Assembly: GCA_038874135.1 (NCBI GenBank)
Contig: JAVZCZ010000001.1
Span: 576,001 to 640,000, forward strand
Source: Candidatus Woesearchaeota archaeon
GTDB taxonomy: Archaea; Nanobdellota; Nanobdellia; Woesearchaeales; 0-14-0-80-44-23
Length of the DNA: 64,000 nt
Direction: 5' to 3'
The position numbers and the translations under genes were made by a program. This document shows positions 27,226 to 37,148 of the stretch, one piece after another. The notes below the pieces were generated by a model that saw only the letters and a program-made list of their open reading frames with translations, ran no database searches and had not been told where the DNA came from. Position 1 is the first letter of the stretch. Each line of letters starts with the position of its first letter.

Positions 27226-28098
27226 TTACTTCTTGTTCTTTTCTTTATTAATTTTACCCTTACTAGTTATCTTGAAATCTATACATACTCTAAACCTTCC
27301 GGGAGCGTAGTGTCCGCACTTGTTCCAGCCGAGAATTTTAACAGATACGCCGAGCTTATTAGCTTCCTCTCTTATTAATGATACTGCTGGTTTTGGGATC
27401 TCTTCTTCTTTCATGAAGGAGTAGAAATGTACAATCGTTCCAGGCTTTGCAACTGCGAAGCACGCGTCCAGAAAGCTTCCTGAATCTTTGGGAAGGGGCA
27501 TTATGATCCTATCAAATTTAAGTCCTTCCCCTGCAAGCCTAAAAGCCTCATCTCTTGCATCCCCTAATATTAGGAACACATTCTTAGCCTTGTTAATTTC
27601 AACATTCTTTAGAGCATACCTGTGCGCCGTAGGATTTTTTTCAATTCCATAAATTGATTCTGCTTTTGAATTCTTAGATATGATTAAAGGGTAGGGTGCG
27701 CATCCAGAGAACATCACCAAAACTTTTTCTCCCTCAGTTACGAGCCCAGCAATTCTCTTACGCTCTTCAGCTAGTCTGGGTGAGAAGTATACTTTTTCTA
27801 CATCTAACTTAAAAGTGCATCCGTTTTCCTTATATGTTGTCTCCTTTCTCTTTTCACCAGCAATTATCTTGAGTTTAGGAGTGCGATATTCGCCAGAGTA
27901 TTCTCTTACCTTTTTTGCAACAACCCTTATATTTTTAAAATTTTCAAGCATTGTAGATCCTATAATTTTTTCTTTGTTCTTTAATTCTTCAGGCATATCT
28001 GAGAATATCGCTATATCTCCTACAATGTCAAAAGAGGAAGGTACGAGGGCAAGCTCCTTCTCATCAAGTTTTCCCCTGAGCAGCTCCTTAAGCTTCAA
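27226..28098 (-). CDS. trm5: Trm5/Met-10 family tRNA methyltransferase
   Basis: SFDIVGDIAI, KENGCTFKLD...YFSPRL, MFSGCAPY, DRIIMPLP. Confidence 0.88.
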   Translation of the reverse strand: MKLKELLRGKLDEKELALVPSSFDIVGDIAIFSDMPEELKNKEKIIGSTMLENFKNIRVVAKKVREYSGEYRTPKLKIIAGEKRKETTYKENGCTFKLDVEKVYFSPRLAEERKRIAGLVTEGEKVLVMFSGCAPYPLIISKNSKAESIYGIEKNPTAHRYALKNVEINKAKNVFLILGDARDEAFRLAGEGLKFDRIIMPLPKDSGSFLDACFAVAKPGTIVHFYSFMKEEEIPKPAVSLIREEANKLGVSVKILGWNKCGHYAPGRFRVCIDFKITSKGKINKEKNKK

Positions 28099-28104
28099 AA
28101 CGCC

Positions 28105-29142
28105 TCACCTAAAAAACTCAGAAAGTCCCTTCTGGGCATTATTCTCAGAAGTTTCCTCTATCTGAGAGAGTAGCTTCTCAACACGCTCCCTGGAAAATTG
28201 GTGTTTCTCACACAAAATTTCTAATACCTTTTCACGCGAGATCCTGCCCATTCTGATATTATAATCGTCAGTTGTTGGCATATTCTTTATCAATTCAAAA
28301 ACCTCCTTCCAGTCAAATTCAAAAAAGTTTCTCCAGCCTACTGAATTAAACAGCGCATCAAAATTTTCACCATGTTTTTTTACAAGCTTCAGCGCATTCT
28401 TAGGGCCTATGCCTCTTATGCCTCCTGGGTTGAAGTCGGTTCCGACCAGCATTGCCAGGGCAATTAGCTGATCCCTGCATAGTCCCAGTGTGGAGAGCAC
28501 TTCTTCAAGTTCTATTAGCTCAATTGGAACCTGCTTGTAAGCCAAAGTTCCAGGAATCTTCTTTTTGGAAGTTATGTTTAGATTTCTAACCAGTCTAGGG
28601 GTTCCAAAAAGCAGGCAGTCGGCATCTTGAGAAGCAGCTGCAAACGCATCACCCTTTTTTACAATGTATGCTGCTTGTGCTTCTCCTTCAGAAGGTGCAT
28701 TCACTACTGGTATTCCCATCGCCCTGAGAAGCTCTTTAGATTCTTCAATCATCTCAGGAGTTAGCCTTGCAGTTCTGGAAGCGTACTTTTTCATCTCTTC
28801 AACCAATCCGAGCTCTCTTGCTTCTTCATACATCTTCTGAGCTTCCAGCTTGCTCCTCTTTCTTTCCTCCAAAGTTTTCATTTTTAGTTCAGGTGGCTTT
28901 CCGTCAAAAACATAAACAGGGAATATCTCTTTTGACAGGAGGTTGGCATTTCTAGTTATAATTCCCATAAGATGGCTTGTTACACTCCCGTCAGCATCAG
29001 TTAGCAAAGATCCATCCTGCTGTCTTATTGTTGTGAGAAACTGATAAAGAGTAAGGTGTGCGTCCACTGCTAAAACCTTTTTCTTAAGAAATGCGTAGTC
29101 AATCTCTCTCTTTGGAAGAATCTCCGAAATCTGTACTCCCAT
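28105..29142 (-). CDS. fen: flap endonuclease 1
   Basis: MGV, YQFL, VFDG, EGEAQAA, SQDAD, GTDFN, GIGPK, PIP box QKGLSEFF. Confidence 0.97.
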   Translation of the reverse strand: MGVQISEILPKREIDYAFLKKKVLAVDAHLTLYQFLTTIRQQDGSLLTDADGSVTSHLMGIITRNANLLSKEIFPVYVFDGKPPELKMKTLEERKRSKLEAQKMYEEARELGLVEEMKKYASRTARLTPEMIEESKELLRAMGIPVVNAPSEGEAQAAYIVKKGDAFAAASQDADCLLFGTPRLVRNLNITSKKKIPGTLAYKQVPIELIELEEVLSTLGLCRDQLIALAMLVGTDFNPGGIRGIGPKNALKLVKKHGENFDALFNSVGWRNFFEFDWKEVFELIKNMPTTDDYNIRMGRISREKVLEILCEKHQFSRERVEKLLSQIEETSENNAQKGLSEFFR

Positions 29143-29184
29143 AATGCAAATTCATTAATAGCATTATAAAAATCTTGCCAAAAT

Positions 29185-30129
29185 TCATATCAGCCAAGAA
29201 GCGAGAGCTCCCATGAGGCATCCCGCGCTTATGAAAGGCATTGCGGGGTAGAACTTTCCCTTCTCACTTTTAATTAGCAATATTGTAAGAGCAATTGTCG
29301 CCCCGACAGATATTATTGACGCTTTTATAAATGATAGGAAAACTCCCAAGCCGCTTCTTATAAATCCTTCCAGCATGACCCCTGCAAAAATCATCGGATA
29401 AACTATGTCACCCCCTCCGAGAACAGCATTTTGAGGGCCATTGGCAATCTTAGCAGGCTTGGCAGCCGAAGCAGCATTCCTGCTAGCAATCCTCTTTTTA
29501 ACTTCGCTACTGCTCAACTCTTTAGAAGGATTCTGCGGGTAGGGAATGAATAGCCCGCTGAACAGTTTAGTTCCCATCTGAAACTTTGCCAAGGTTATCA
29601 TGTGGCCGCTTCTCCAAACAGCGATCATATCGTATATGGATATTATTATCAGGAGTAGAATAGCCCACGCTGGAGTAAGTAGTGGCACTATTATTAGTGC
29701 GACTCCAGAGTAAACCATTATTTCAGTTATGTTGTGAACTATTGGATTTGGCTTCAAGACCTTCAAGAGAGCGAGCACTACTGCAATAGCCAATACAACT
29801 TCTGACTTTATGAACACGCCAAGGGTTATTGCAATTGCTCCCCACACAGCCATGAAGTACATTCCCTTCCAAATCGTCGGCTGCTTAAACCTGGCAAGAA
29901 TCAATATTAAAAAGGTTCCAATCAGCATCATGCCAATTAAGAAGAGCACAAGCTCGCCATTTTTAATGTTCGGCCTCGGACCCATAACGCTTTCAGGGTG
30001 ACTTATCTGTACTTCTCCCGAGGGCACTCTCTCAATCTTAGCATCTTTTAGGATTAGGAAAAGGCCGAAGAGTTGAGCAGTTGTAAATGTCAGAATTAGT
30101 ATTATTGTTATTGGCACGCTGTGTTTCAT
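29185..30129 (-). CDS. presenilin/SPP-like intramembrane aspartyl protease (A22)
   Basis: Multi-TM protein with YD, LGGGD and PAMP motifs. Confidence 0.9.
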   Translation of the reverse strand: MKHSVPITIILILTFTTAQLFGLFLILKDAKIERVPSGEVQISHPESVMGPRPNIKNGELVLFLIGMMLIGTFLILILARFKQPTIWKGMYFMAVWGAIAITLGVFIKSEVVLAIAVVLALLKVLKPNPIVHNITEIMVYSGVALIIVPLLTPAWAILLLIIISIYDMIAVWRSGHMITLAKFQMGTKLFSGLFIPYPQNPSKELSSSEVKKRIASRNAASAAKPAKIANGPQNAVLGGGDIVYPMIFAGVMLEGFIRSGLGVFLSFIKASIISVGATIALTILLIKSEKGKFYPAMPFISAGCLMGALASWLI

Positions 30130-30181
30130 GAGAGTTTTGAAATCGCAAAACTTATATAAATTTACCCTTTTGAAAATTTTT

Positions 30182-30646
30182 ATGAAGGTAGCCCACTCTG
30201 TTGAGGTGAGTGTTTTCTGTAAGGATTATGAATCTGCCGAGCAGGTGAAGGATGGCTTGAGAAAGCTCTTTCCCTTTCGCCTTGAAGACGCCGGGTTAAA
30301 GATGGCTGAGAGTGAAGCGGAAGGCCTTTTGGGCAACAAGATTTTGATATTTTCAGTTCATCTGACTAATCCAAAGCATGTTCGTCTATTCCTGGACAAC
30401 TTGCTCAACCTGTTGGGAAAAGAAGGGGTTAGAACTCTGCTTGCTCAGGCTGAAAGCAGGCTGGATGAGGAGCTGTTCTTCTTTATAAGGATATCTAAAC
30501 CGGAGTGGCTGAGTGAGGGGCGCGCAGTACTTACAGATTCTGGAAACTGTTATCATATGAGGATTCTCATAGCAGCATATCCTAAGGAGAGAAGTGCAGG
30601 CTTAAAAACAATCAAGGAGTATCTTGGCAGGCGGGAAACCTTTTAA
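30182..30646 (+). CDS. archaeal RNA-binding protein (DUF54/exosome-associated type)
   Basis: EGLLGNKI...RLDEELFFFIRISK...AAYPK pattern. Start moved to ATG 30182. Confidence 0.75.
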   Translation: MKVAHSVEVSVFCKDYESAEQVKDGLRKLFPFRLEDAGLKMAESEAEGLLGNKILIFSVHLTNPKHVRLFLDNLLNLLGKEGVRTLLAQAESRLDEELFFFIRISKPEWLSEGRAVLTDSGNCYHMRILIAAYPKERSAGLKTIKEYLGRRETF

Positions 30647-30677
30647 TATTAGGACGCTATAAACTTATTGAGGTGAT

Positions 30678-30923
30678 GTGAAAATGGATAAGTTTTCAGT
30701 AGCCCCTCTTCCAGCAGGATTTACCCTCACTGCAATCATAGGCCTGATGCTCTCCCTAATCTGGGTTCTTCCGCAGAGCCCAAGCTGGGGAATAGGAATG
30801 TCAATAATCTTCTTGGTGATGCTGATATCTTCAATAGTTTCAATGACATATGGGCCTACTGAGGTTGAGCTGGAATACTATCAGAGAGTAATAGACAGGG
30901 CTAAGAAAAAGAAGCAGAAGTGA
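30678..30923 (+). CDS. small two-TM membrane protein
   Basis: GAGGTGA RBS; two hydrophobic helices (APLPAGF...SWG...SMTYGP). Confidence 0.7.
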   Translation: MKMDKFSVAPLPAGFTLTAIIGLMLSLIWVLPQSPSWGIGMSIIFLVMLISSIVSMTYGPTEVELEYYQRVIDRAKKKKQK

Positions 30924-30924
30924 T

Positions 30925-31419
30925 TCATTCTATCTTTATCAGCCCGCTCAGCCTGCTAAAAGCGTAGGGGGCTGTAAATAGTAAGGCGTACACTATTGAA
31001 ATTACCAGCGGGTTTGGAATCTGTTTCCCAGCAGCAAGAACTTCAGTTGCCTTTATCACATAGTACATGTTCACAACACCTATTGCTGGGATGAAGATCG
31101 GCGTTATTATTTTCTTTCCCTCAATGCTCTCCAAGTCTGAGAGTACCACGCTGAACATGGTTCCAAAGGAGTATGCTACAACCACCATTATGGAGTATAC
31201 TGCAAGCATGTTGAGTGTCAATATTAAAGGAATCAGCACTATTGAAACTACGAGCATTCCAACAATCATAAGAACGAGTGCAACCCAGTAGAGCCAGCCG
31301 CTCTTCTTCTTTCTTTCAGCATCAGCTTCTTCCATTATCTTTATAGTTTCTACGATGTCCCGATTGCTCCAGCCCTTCCTTCTGAGCTTTTCAATAAGCT
31401 TCTCGTAAGCCATGCTCAT
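30925..31419 (-). CDS. membrane protein (4 TM)
   Basis: N-terminal LRRKGWSNRDI helix, then four hydrophobic segments. Confidence 0.7.
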   Translation of the reverse strand: MSMAYEKLIEKLRRKGWSNRDIVETIKIMEEADAERKKKSGWLYWVALVLMIVGMLVVSIVLIPLILTLNMLAVYSIMVVVAYSFGTMFSVVLSDLESIEGKKIITPIFIPAIGVVNMYYVIKATEVLAAGKQIPNPLVISIVYALLFTAPYAFSRLSGLIKIE

Positions 31420-31466
31420 TATAATTGGAATATTATTTAAATATTTTAGCTTCACTACCCATTCTT

Positions 31467-32066
31467 ATGGAGCACTATTTTTCTGAAATGCCAAACTCAT
31501 CTAAACATGTGCAGAGGCGCTTCTCTGAGGTTCTCAGGGGAAATAGAATAATGTTTTTTACTCTTCCAGGAGTTTTCTCAAAGTCTAAAGTTGATGAAGG
31601 CTCTAAGCTTCTAATTGAGAAGTGCATAGTTAACCACGGCTGGAATGTCTTGGACCTGGGCTGCGGGTACGGCGCAGTTGGAATCTCTATTGCTAAGGCG
31701 TTTAAAGTGTCTCTGGTCATGGCAGATGTTAATGAGCGCGCTTTAGAATTGGCAAGAATGAATGCTGAAGCAAACGATGTAAAAGCGCAGATTGTTAAAA
31801 GCAATATTTACGAAGGGCTTATCGGAATGGAAGGCTCTTTTGACACAATACTTATAAACCCGCCTCAGAAGGCTGGCCTTCATATTTGCCTTGCAATGAT
31901 TGATAAAGCGCCAGAATTTCTTAAAAAGGGAGGATTCTTACAGGTTGTTGTGCGGCCAAGAAGGGGTGGTTTTAAAATAGTTGAGCGCATGAATTCGGTT
32001 TTTGGAAATTGTGAGAAGATTGCAGAAAGAGGAGAATTCGCAATATATGCAAGTAAATATCACTAA
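31467..32066 (+). CDS. class I SAM methyltransferase (RsmC/MTS-like)
   Basis: MEHYFS, PGVFS...VDEGS, LDLGCGYG, NPP. Confidence 0.88.
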   Translation: MEHYFSEMPNSSKHVQRRFSEVLRGNRIMFFTLPGVFSKSKVDEGSKLLIEKCIVNHGWNVLDLGCGYGAVGISIAKAFKVSLVMADVNERALELARMNAEANDVKAQIVKSNIYEGLIGMEGSFDTILINPPQKAGLHICLAMIDKAPEFLKKGGFLQVVVRPRRGGFKIVERMNSVFGNCEKIAERGEFAIYASKYH

Positions 32067-32119
32067 TAAGTAGTAACTAAACGAAAGTTTTATATACTTA
32101 TTCTTATTACTTTTACAGC

Positions 32120-34801
32120 ATGAAGCCGCAAAATCTCTCATCTCAAAAATCTCTTGAGGAGACCATATCACGAGAAGAGGAAAAAAATCTTAGGAGAAAA
32201 CACTCTTTCGCACAGAAGATAAAAGCTGCTATAATGACTACAGCAACAGCAGCAGGAATACTCTCAGGCGTATTAAGCTTTAAACCCGGCAAAGCAAACG
32301 CTTCTCAGATTCTATTAGGAGAAGATACTCCTAAAGTTGAGGCACCAATGCAAACATGGTACCTACTTAACTACCAACCTTTAGAAGCAATAATACGCGA
32401 AGTGTACAGAAAAGACATAAAGCTCTGGATTGGAAAGACAGAGGCAACAATAGATGAACAGAACTATACACTAGATGCCGCACCGTACATAAAAAATTCA
32501 AGAACGATGGTTCCACTCCGCTTTATCAGTGAGGGACTAGGCGCAACCGTAAGCTGGGATGGAACGCAGAAGAAGGTTACAATTCAGGAAGCTGACAACA
32601 CTATAGAACTCTGGATTGGAAAAACAACAGCTCTAGTTAATGGAACAAGCTACACCTTAGATGCAGCCCCAGAAATAAAGAATTCAAGAACATTCGTGCC
32701 GATAAGATTTGTCTCAGAAAATCTCAACGCAAATGTGAGCTGGAACTCAGCAACTAAAGAAGTTGGCATATACAGAGAAAAAGTGAGTGAGCATATAAAC
32801 ATGAACTCTGATGCAGACAAAGATGGGCTCACATTCGCGCAGGAGCAGAAGCTCGGAACAAACCCTAACAACAAGAACACGATTTATAATACTCTGACAG
32901 ACAAGCAGCTGTATGATCTAGTTTCAAAATATCCAGCCCTTAACATCTTCGCAAAGAATCCTGACGGAAAGACAAGGCTCACACTTCCAGACAAGGTTAA
33001 GTACGACCTTGACCCGCTGAACCCTTTCAATCTGGATGATATCCTAAACGATGAGCTTGCAATAAGGTACGCTGCAGCCAACAACAGCGCAGATGGCAAA
33101 GCCGCAGTCCTGCAAGCAGTTCAGTCAATACTGCAGAAATACGGACAAAAGCTCGGCACAGCAGCCAAGCAGGCAACTGCAGCATCCACAATTAGCCCAG
33201 AGGAGCTAGATGCCCAGGCAAACACTGCCAAGCAGCAGGTTGAAAGTTCATTCCAGAACAGGGCGTACAATTTCAGGAGTGATGGAAGCGCAATTACGAT
33301 TGAAGACCTCACCAGCACAGACAGGTATAGGACTCTCATATCTCTGAACAAGCTCTTCGCACCTGAAGACATAAACATACTACTCTCAGAAAGCCCAACG
33401 CTCCAAAAAGGCAACTTAAGCCAATACTCACAGCTCATAAACTCACTAATAGAATGCTCAAACGCGCAGGAGCAGTTCCTAAACGAGAAGGTGAAAGATA
33501 CAAACACATTCAAGCAGAACATAAACCAGCTCTCATTATATGACAACAACACTGCAGAACTGATAATAAGGCTTTGGAATGAAAATGAATCTCTCAGAGG
33601 CTTCATAGCCAGCCATCCAAAGACAACACTGGCAGTAGCATCAGCATTCTCAAACACAATCTTAGAACAGGGCAGAATAAACTATGATGGGAAAGAATAC
33701 GACCTTAACAGCCCCGAGGCGTTTGAAAGGATAAAAGGCATACTCTCAGGACTATTTAACTACTTTGCCAAGACTGAGGAGACATTCAAGAGTCAAAAGC
33801 TCGGCTTTGCACAGTCAATCTACCACAATTCAGGAATAGAGAGCTACACCCTGATTGAGCTTCAAGGATTAGCCCCCATAACAGCAGCGGACATATGCGA
33901 CGGCGTATTCGCATCCACATTAAAAGACCAGGGCGTATCAGCTGCAATCTCCATGTTTGATGTAAACGAGCTTCTTCCCAAGCTTTACGAAGTAGCAATG
34001 AAGAACTATCACATGCGCGTGGCAAGCTACGGGTCTGGAAAGGTGCTCCTAGACTGGCTCAACCCAGAAATAGGACCAGCCTCAATAAGAATAAAGCTCA
34101 CGCCATTCTACATGTCAACAAGGCCGGACATAATTGAGGGAGGAATAGTCTTTAAGAGCGACGAAAAGAAGAATCCGGAGCAGGTGAAGGATGTAGCAGT
34201 GAAGGCGCTGAGCATAATGGACAAGTTCTCCTTCACCACTGATGAGAGGATCAAAGCCAGAGAGATTGAAATGGTAGGAGTTGAAAAGCTCATCAACATA
34301 GCCCTTCTTAGGCCTGTAATCGAGAACCTCTACGCAGTTGATCTTAAGAACAACACAGCCAAGAGCGGAACTGGAAGCGCAATTGACAGGATGGATGCTG
34401 AGAGTGAGAAGCTCGCCCGCCAGATCGGGGGAGCAACTATCTTCAACCTGGAAAAACTCAGAAGCTCGCTGCCGGCAGGAAGATACTCTGATGCAAACGT
34501 TATAGCTATACTGCTCTATACTGAGATGCAGCCTAAAGACCTAAGCACGTACGAAAAGAATCCCATACTACTGCCCTGCAGGATTGGACCCGGCTGGATA
34601 ATCAGGCCCGAGCTCGTTGCCCCTGTAACCTTGAATGATTCAGACAGGCTCTACTTCGGGATTGAATCAATTGATAAGAAGATTGAGGGGTCTTCACTAG
34701 TTCAGTCTTTCGGCTCATACTCAGCCGAGTCAAATGAGGAGTTTGACAGAAAGCTGAGCGTGGCTAAGAGCTTTATCCCATATCCTGGGGTGAAGATGTA
34801 A
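32120..34801 (+). CDS. large secreted protein with copper-amine-oxidase N-terminal (stalk) domain and a TSP3-like Ca-binding motif
   Basis: Signal peptide (...GKANA|SQ); two 62-aa repeats IKLWIGK...LDAAPYIKNSRTMVPLRFISEGLGATVSWD; DADKDGLTFAQEQKLGTNP. Confidence 0.8.
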   Translation: MKPQNLSSQKSLEETISREEEKNLRRKHSFAQKIKAAIMTTATAAGILSGVLSFKPGKANASQILLGEDTPKVEAPMQTWYLLNYQPLEAIIREVYRKDIKLWIGKTEATIDEQNYTLDAAPYIKNSRTMVPLRFISEGLGATVSWDGTQKKVTIQEADNTIELWIGKTTALVNGTSYTLDAAPEIKNSRTFVPIRFVSENLNANVSWNSATKEVGIYREKVSEHINMNSDADKDGLTFAQEQKLGTNPNNKNTIYNTLTDKQLYDLVSKYPALNIFAKNPDGKTRLTLPDKVKYDLDPLNPFNLDDILNDELAIRYAAANNSADGKAAVLQAVQSILQKYGQKLGTAAKQATAASTISPEELDAQANTAKQQVESSFQNRAYNFRSDGSAITIEDLTSTDRYRTLISLNKLFAPEDINILLSESPTLQKGNLSQYSQLINSLIECSNAQEQFLNEKVKDTNTFKQNINQLSLYDNNTAELIIRLWNENESLRGFIASHPKTTLAVASAFSNTILEQGRINYDGKEYDLNSPEAFERIKGILSGLFNYFAKTEETFKSQKLGFAQSIYHNSGIESYTLIELQGLAPITAADICDGVFASTLKDQGVSAAISMFDVNELLPKLYEVAMKNYHMRVASYGSGKVLLDWLNPEIGPASIRIKLTPFYMSTRPDIIEGGIVFKSDEKKNPEQVKDVAVKALSIMDKFSFTTDERIKAREIEMVGVEKLINIALLRPVIENLYAVDLKNNTAKSGTGSAIDRMDAESEKLARQIGGATIFNLEKLRSSLPAGRYSDANVIAILLYTEMQPKDLSTYEKNPILLPCRIGPGWIIRPELVAPVTLNDSDRLYFGIESIDKKIEGSSLVQSFGSYSAESNEEFDRKLSVAKSFIPYPGVKM
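32423..32775 (+). repeat. intragenic tandem duplication, ~186-nt period
   Basis: CTCTGGATTGGAAA at 32423 and 32609, with downstream matches (TAGATGC, AATTCAAGAAC, AGCTGG). Confidence 0.75.
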
Positions 34802-34814
34802 GTTTTTATGTTCA

Positions 34815-36350
34815 TTAACCAAGATCACAGGATGTGGTCGAATTAGGCCCGACTTTAAAACATTCATCATTACAACAAATTCCTGCACAACAGCTCCCCC
34901 CACACAGCACTTCACCCTTTTTACATTGTGTTGGGGGCATTGGCGGCTCATCCGGGGGAATTTCTTGATTAGTATTAACTTTTTGGCAGTTGCCGTTTTC
35001 GTCGCATTCGCAATCTACAGTGATGCCGTTTTCAATATATTTTGCTCTGAAGCCCTTTTTGAATGAGATTCTAGTGGTTTCGTTGCAGCAGGAGGGGTTA
35101 TAGGAAAACTTCTTGCTGCCAATTTTGAATAGAACATTTGAATCCGGAAGATATACTCCTATGTATTCATGATTTCTCGTTTCTAATTCTGGTGTTTGAG
35201 AAGAATATTCGCACATCACTCTTATTCTTATGCCTTCCTGCCAGTCCTTTAAGTCCTGAGGGTCTATTGCTGTAACATTTAACATGTGTACTCCAATATC
35301 GCCAGTACTGGCGTTGAAGCTATTCACCTTTCTCTTGTGAAAAATCCATTTTATGTTATTGCTGCTGTCCAGTGTCATGTTGTAAATGTCTACTGTGATG
35401 TTCAGCTGGTCTTCGTCAGGGTCAACTGCGTATCTTGTAAAGTCTATCTCGTCAGAGATGTTAAATTCAAGAGGGCTTGGAATGTTTTTTAGCACGGGAT
35501 TTCTGTTTTCTCTCAGGATTCTGAAGGTGTGTCCCGTTTTGTTGTCCCTCACCTCTATTGTGTCAAATTCTATTCCCCTTTTTATTACGAAGCCTCCGTA
35601 AGGGTAGAGCAGGTTGTAAGTAGGCTTGTTCAGCACATCCTCAAAAGCCATGAAGTCAAGCTTGAGGTCATTCAGGACAAACCTCAAAGCACTCTGATAC
35701 TCCCTGCCAATTCTGACTGGCGAGATGTACTTGTACTCGCTCTTTTTCAGCTTCACAGCAGTCTTGTTAACCTGTACTGAGAGTGGCAGGTAGAGCTCAA
35801 ATATTGTGTCCGAATCTCCAATTGTTACTTTCATGTCAGATGCTTCTGCACTGACCTTTAATCCGTACTTTTCATAATTTTGAAGGTCTATACACTCTTT
35901 TGTCCTATAAAGTGCGTATTCAGCCAGCATTTCCGCAATGCTTGGACTTAATTCCGAACTTGAGTCGAGCTTCGGGATTTGCAGCTTCCCAATCATGCTT
36001 TCAGATCTCGGATATGCTGGCGGCTGGTCTTCAGTGTTTCTAAGCATCCAGAAAACTTCTGAGCCATCATGCCTTCTAATTTTTGACTCATCTGCTACGC
36101 CGCCCTGCTCTTTGAATATGAATCCTCCCTGTGCTCCGGCAATTCGCAGAGCTTCTTCTGCTCCTATCTTAAGACAGGACTCAACATTTGCTTGTATGTT
36201 CAGCATCTGGTTTTCAATTGCGCTTTTTTGAATAGCATTCTGCCTCATCATGTTTATTGCGTTCTGCTGGCTGAATATTATTAGGATCGTGAAAGTGCCC
36301 ACTACTATTAATCCGAGTATGAGAAATATTGCCATCTGAGCCCTGGTCAT
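34815..36350 (-). CDS. class III signal peptide surface protein with Ig/cadherin-like domain and Cys-rich tail
   Basis: MTRA|QMAIFLILGLIVVG; NRNPVL...DPDED; C-terminal Pro-rich linker and CGGSCCAGICCNDEC. Confidence 0.75.
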   Translation of the reverse strand: MTRAQMAIFLILGLIVVGTFTILIIFSQQNAINMMRQNAIQKSAIENQMLNIQANVESCLKIGAEEALRIAGAQGGFIFKEQGGVADESKIRRHDGSEVFWMLRNTEDQPPAYPRSESMIGKLQIPKLDSSSELSPSIAEMLAEYALYRTKECIDLQNYEKYGLKVSAEASDMKVTIGDSDTIFELYLPLSVQVNKTAVKLKKSEYKYISPVRIGREYQSALRFVLNDLKLDFMAFEDVLNKPTYNLLYPYGGFVIKRGIEFDTIEVRDNKTGHTFRILRENRNPVLKNIPSPLEFNISDEIDFTRYAVDPDEDQLNITVDIYNMTLDSSNNIKWIFHKRKVNSFNASTGDIGVHMLNVTAIDPQDLKDWQEGIRIRVMCEYSSQTPELETRNHEYIGVYLPDSNVLFKIGSKKFSYNPSCCNETTRISFKKGFRAKYIENGITVDCECDENGNCQKVNTNQEIPPDEPPMPPTQCKKGEVLCGGSCCAGICCNDECFKVGPNSTTSCDLG

Positions 36351-36560
36351 CCTCTTTTTCCCAGCTGTTCTCTATCTAAATTACTATTAAAATCTTTTCA
36401 TTTTATGGCATTGGACATTAGACATATGTACGCGCAGCCTATTTAAGCATTCTAACGCATTATTTTTATGAGGTGATAGGAATGGTTGATCTTTCGCACG
36501 AGACGATAAGCAGGCTATTCTTTGAGCAGATCAGAAACTTAAGCGTTGGGCTGAAGGAGC

Positions 36561-37148
36561 CTAGGGCATTATGCCGTAGTAGAGTAGTGTGAATCTCTCC
36601 GCCGCCTTTATTGTTTCATTTCCACTTCCCCTTAAATATACGCAGTTGCCCCTTAAAAATACAGAAGCATTTCCAAAGCTCTCAATCTGTATTATGGGAG
36701 ATGAATTATCCACGCTGCAGTTTGTTACAGTGTAATTTTTGCACGCGGCATTGTCCTGTCTTGAGCACGCAACTTCAGGGGTTCTTCCAAAGTAGGTTAG
36801 CAGGTTTGTTTCCAGATCGAAGATTGTCACAAAGATGTACGGCATTTCTGATTTATCTGCCAGAGGGTCAAAAACTAGATAAACCCCGTTTCCCGTCAAG
36901 AACCTTTTGTCAACAGATCCTGAGACGCTCACATTTTCAAGCTCGGATGGGAGGTAGTGGAATGGAACCCTGTAAAGGTATTTTCCAACCTGCACTTGAG
37001 TATACCATAAGGGACCTTCTCTTTCAAATACGAAGCCGTTGTAGGTGTATGGCTGATTCATTTCCCTGAAGGGCTTCCAAACAAGGACTGCTAAGACTGC
37101 AGCTATTACAACTATGCTTATAACTATTAAGATATTTTGTATTTTCAT
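36561..37148 (-). CDS. membrane-anchored hypothetical protein (paralogue of next gene)
   Basis: N-terminal TM; YNGFVF...WY...FHYLP; C-terminal GNCVYLRG...AAERF. Confidence 0.7.
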   Translation of the reverse strand: MKIQNILIVISIVVIAAVLAVLVWKPFREMNQPYTYNGFVFEREGPLWYTQVQVGKYLYRVPFHYLPSELENVSVSGSVDKRFLTGNGVYLVFDPLADKSEMPYIFVTIFDLETNLLTYFGRTPEVACSRQDNAACKNYTVTNCSVDNSSPIIQIESFGNASVFLRGNCVYLRGSGNETIKAAERFTLLYYGIMP

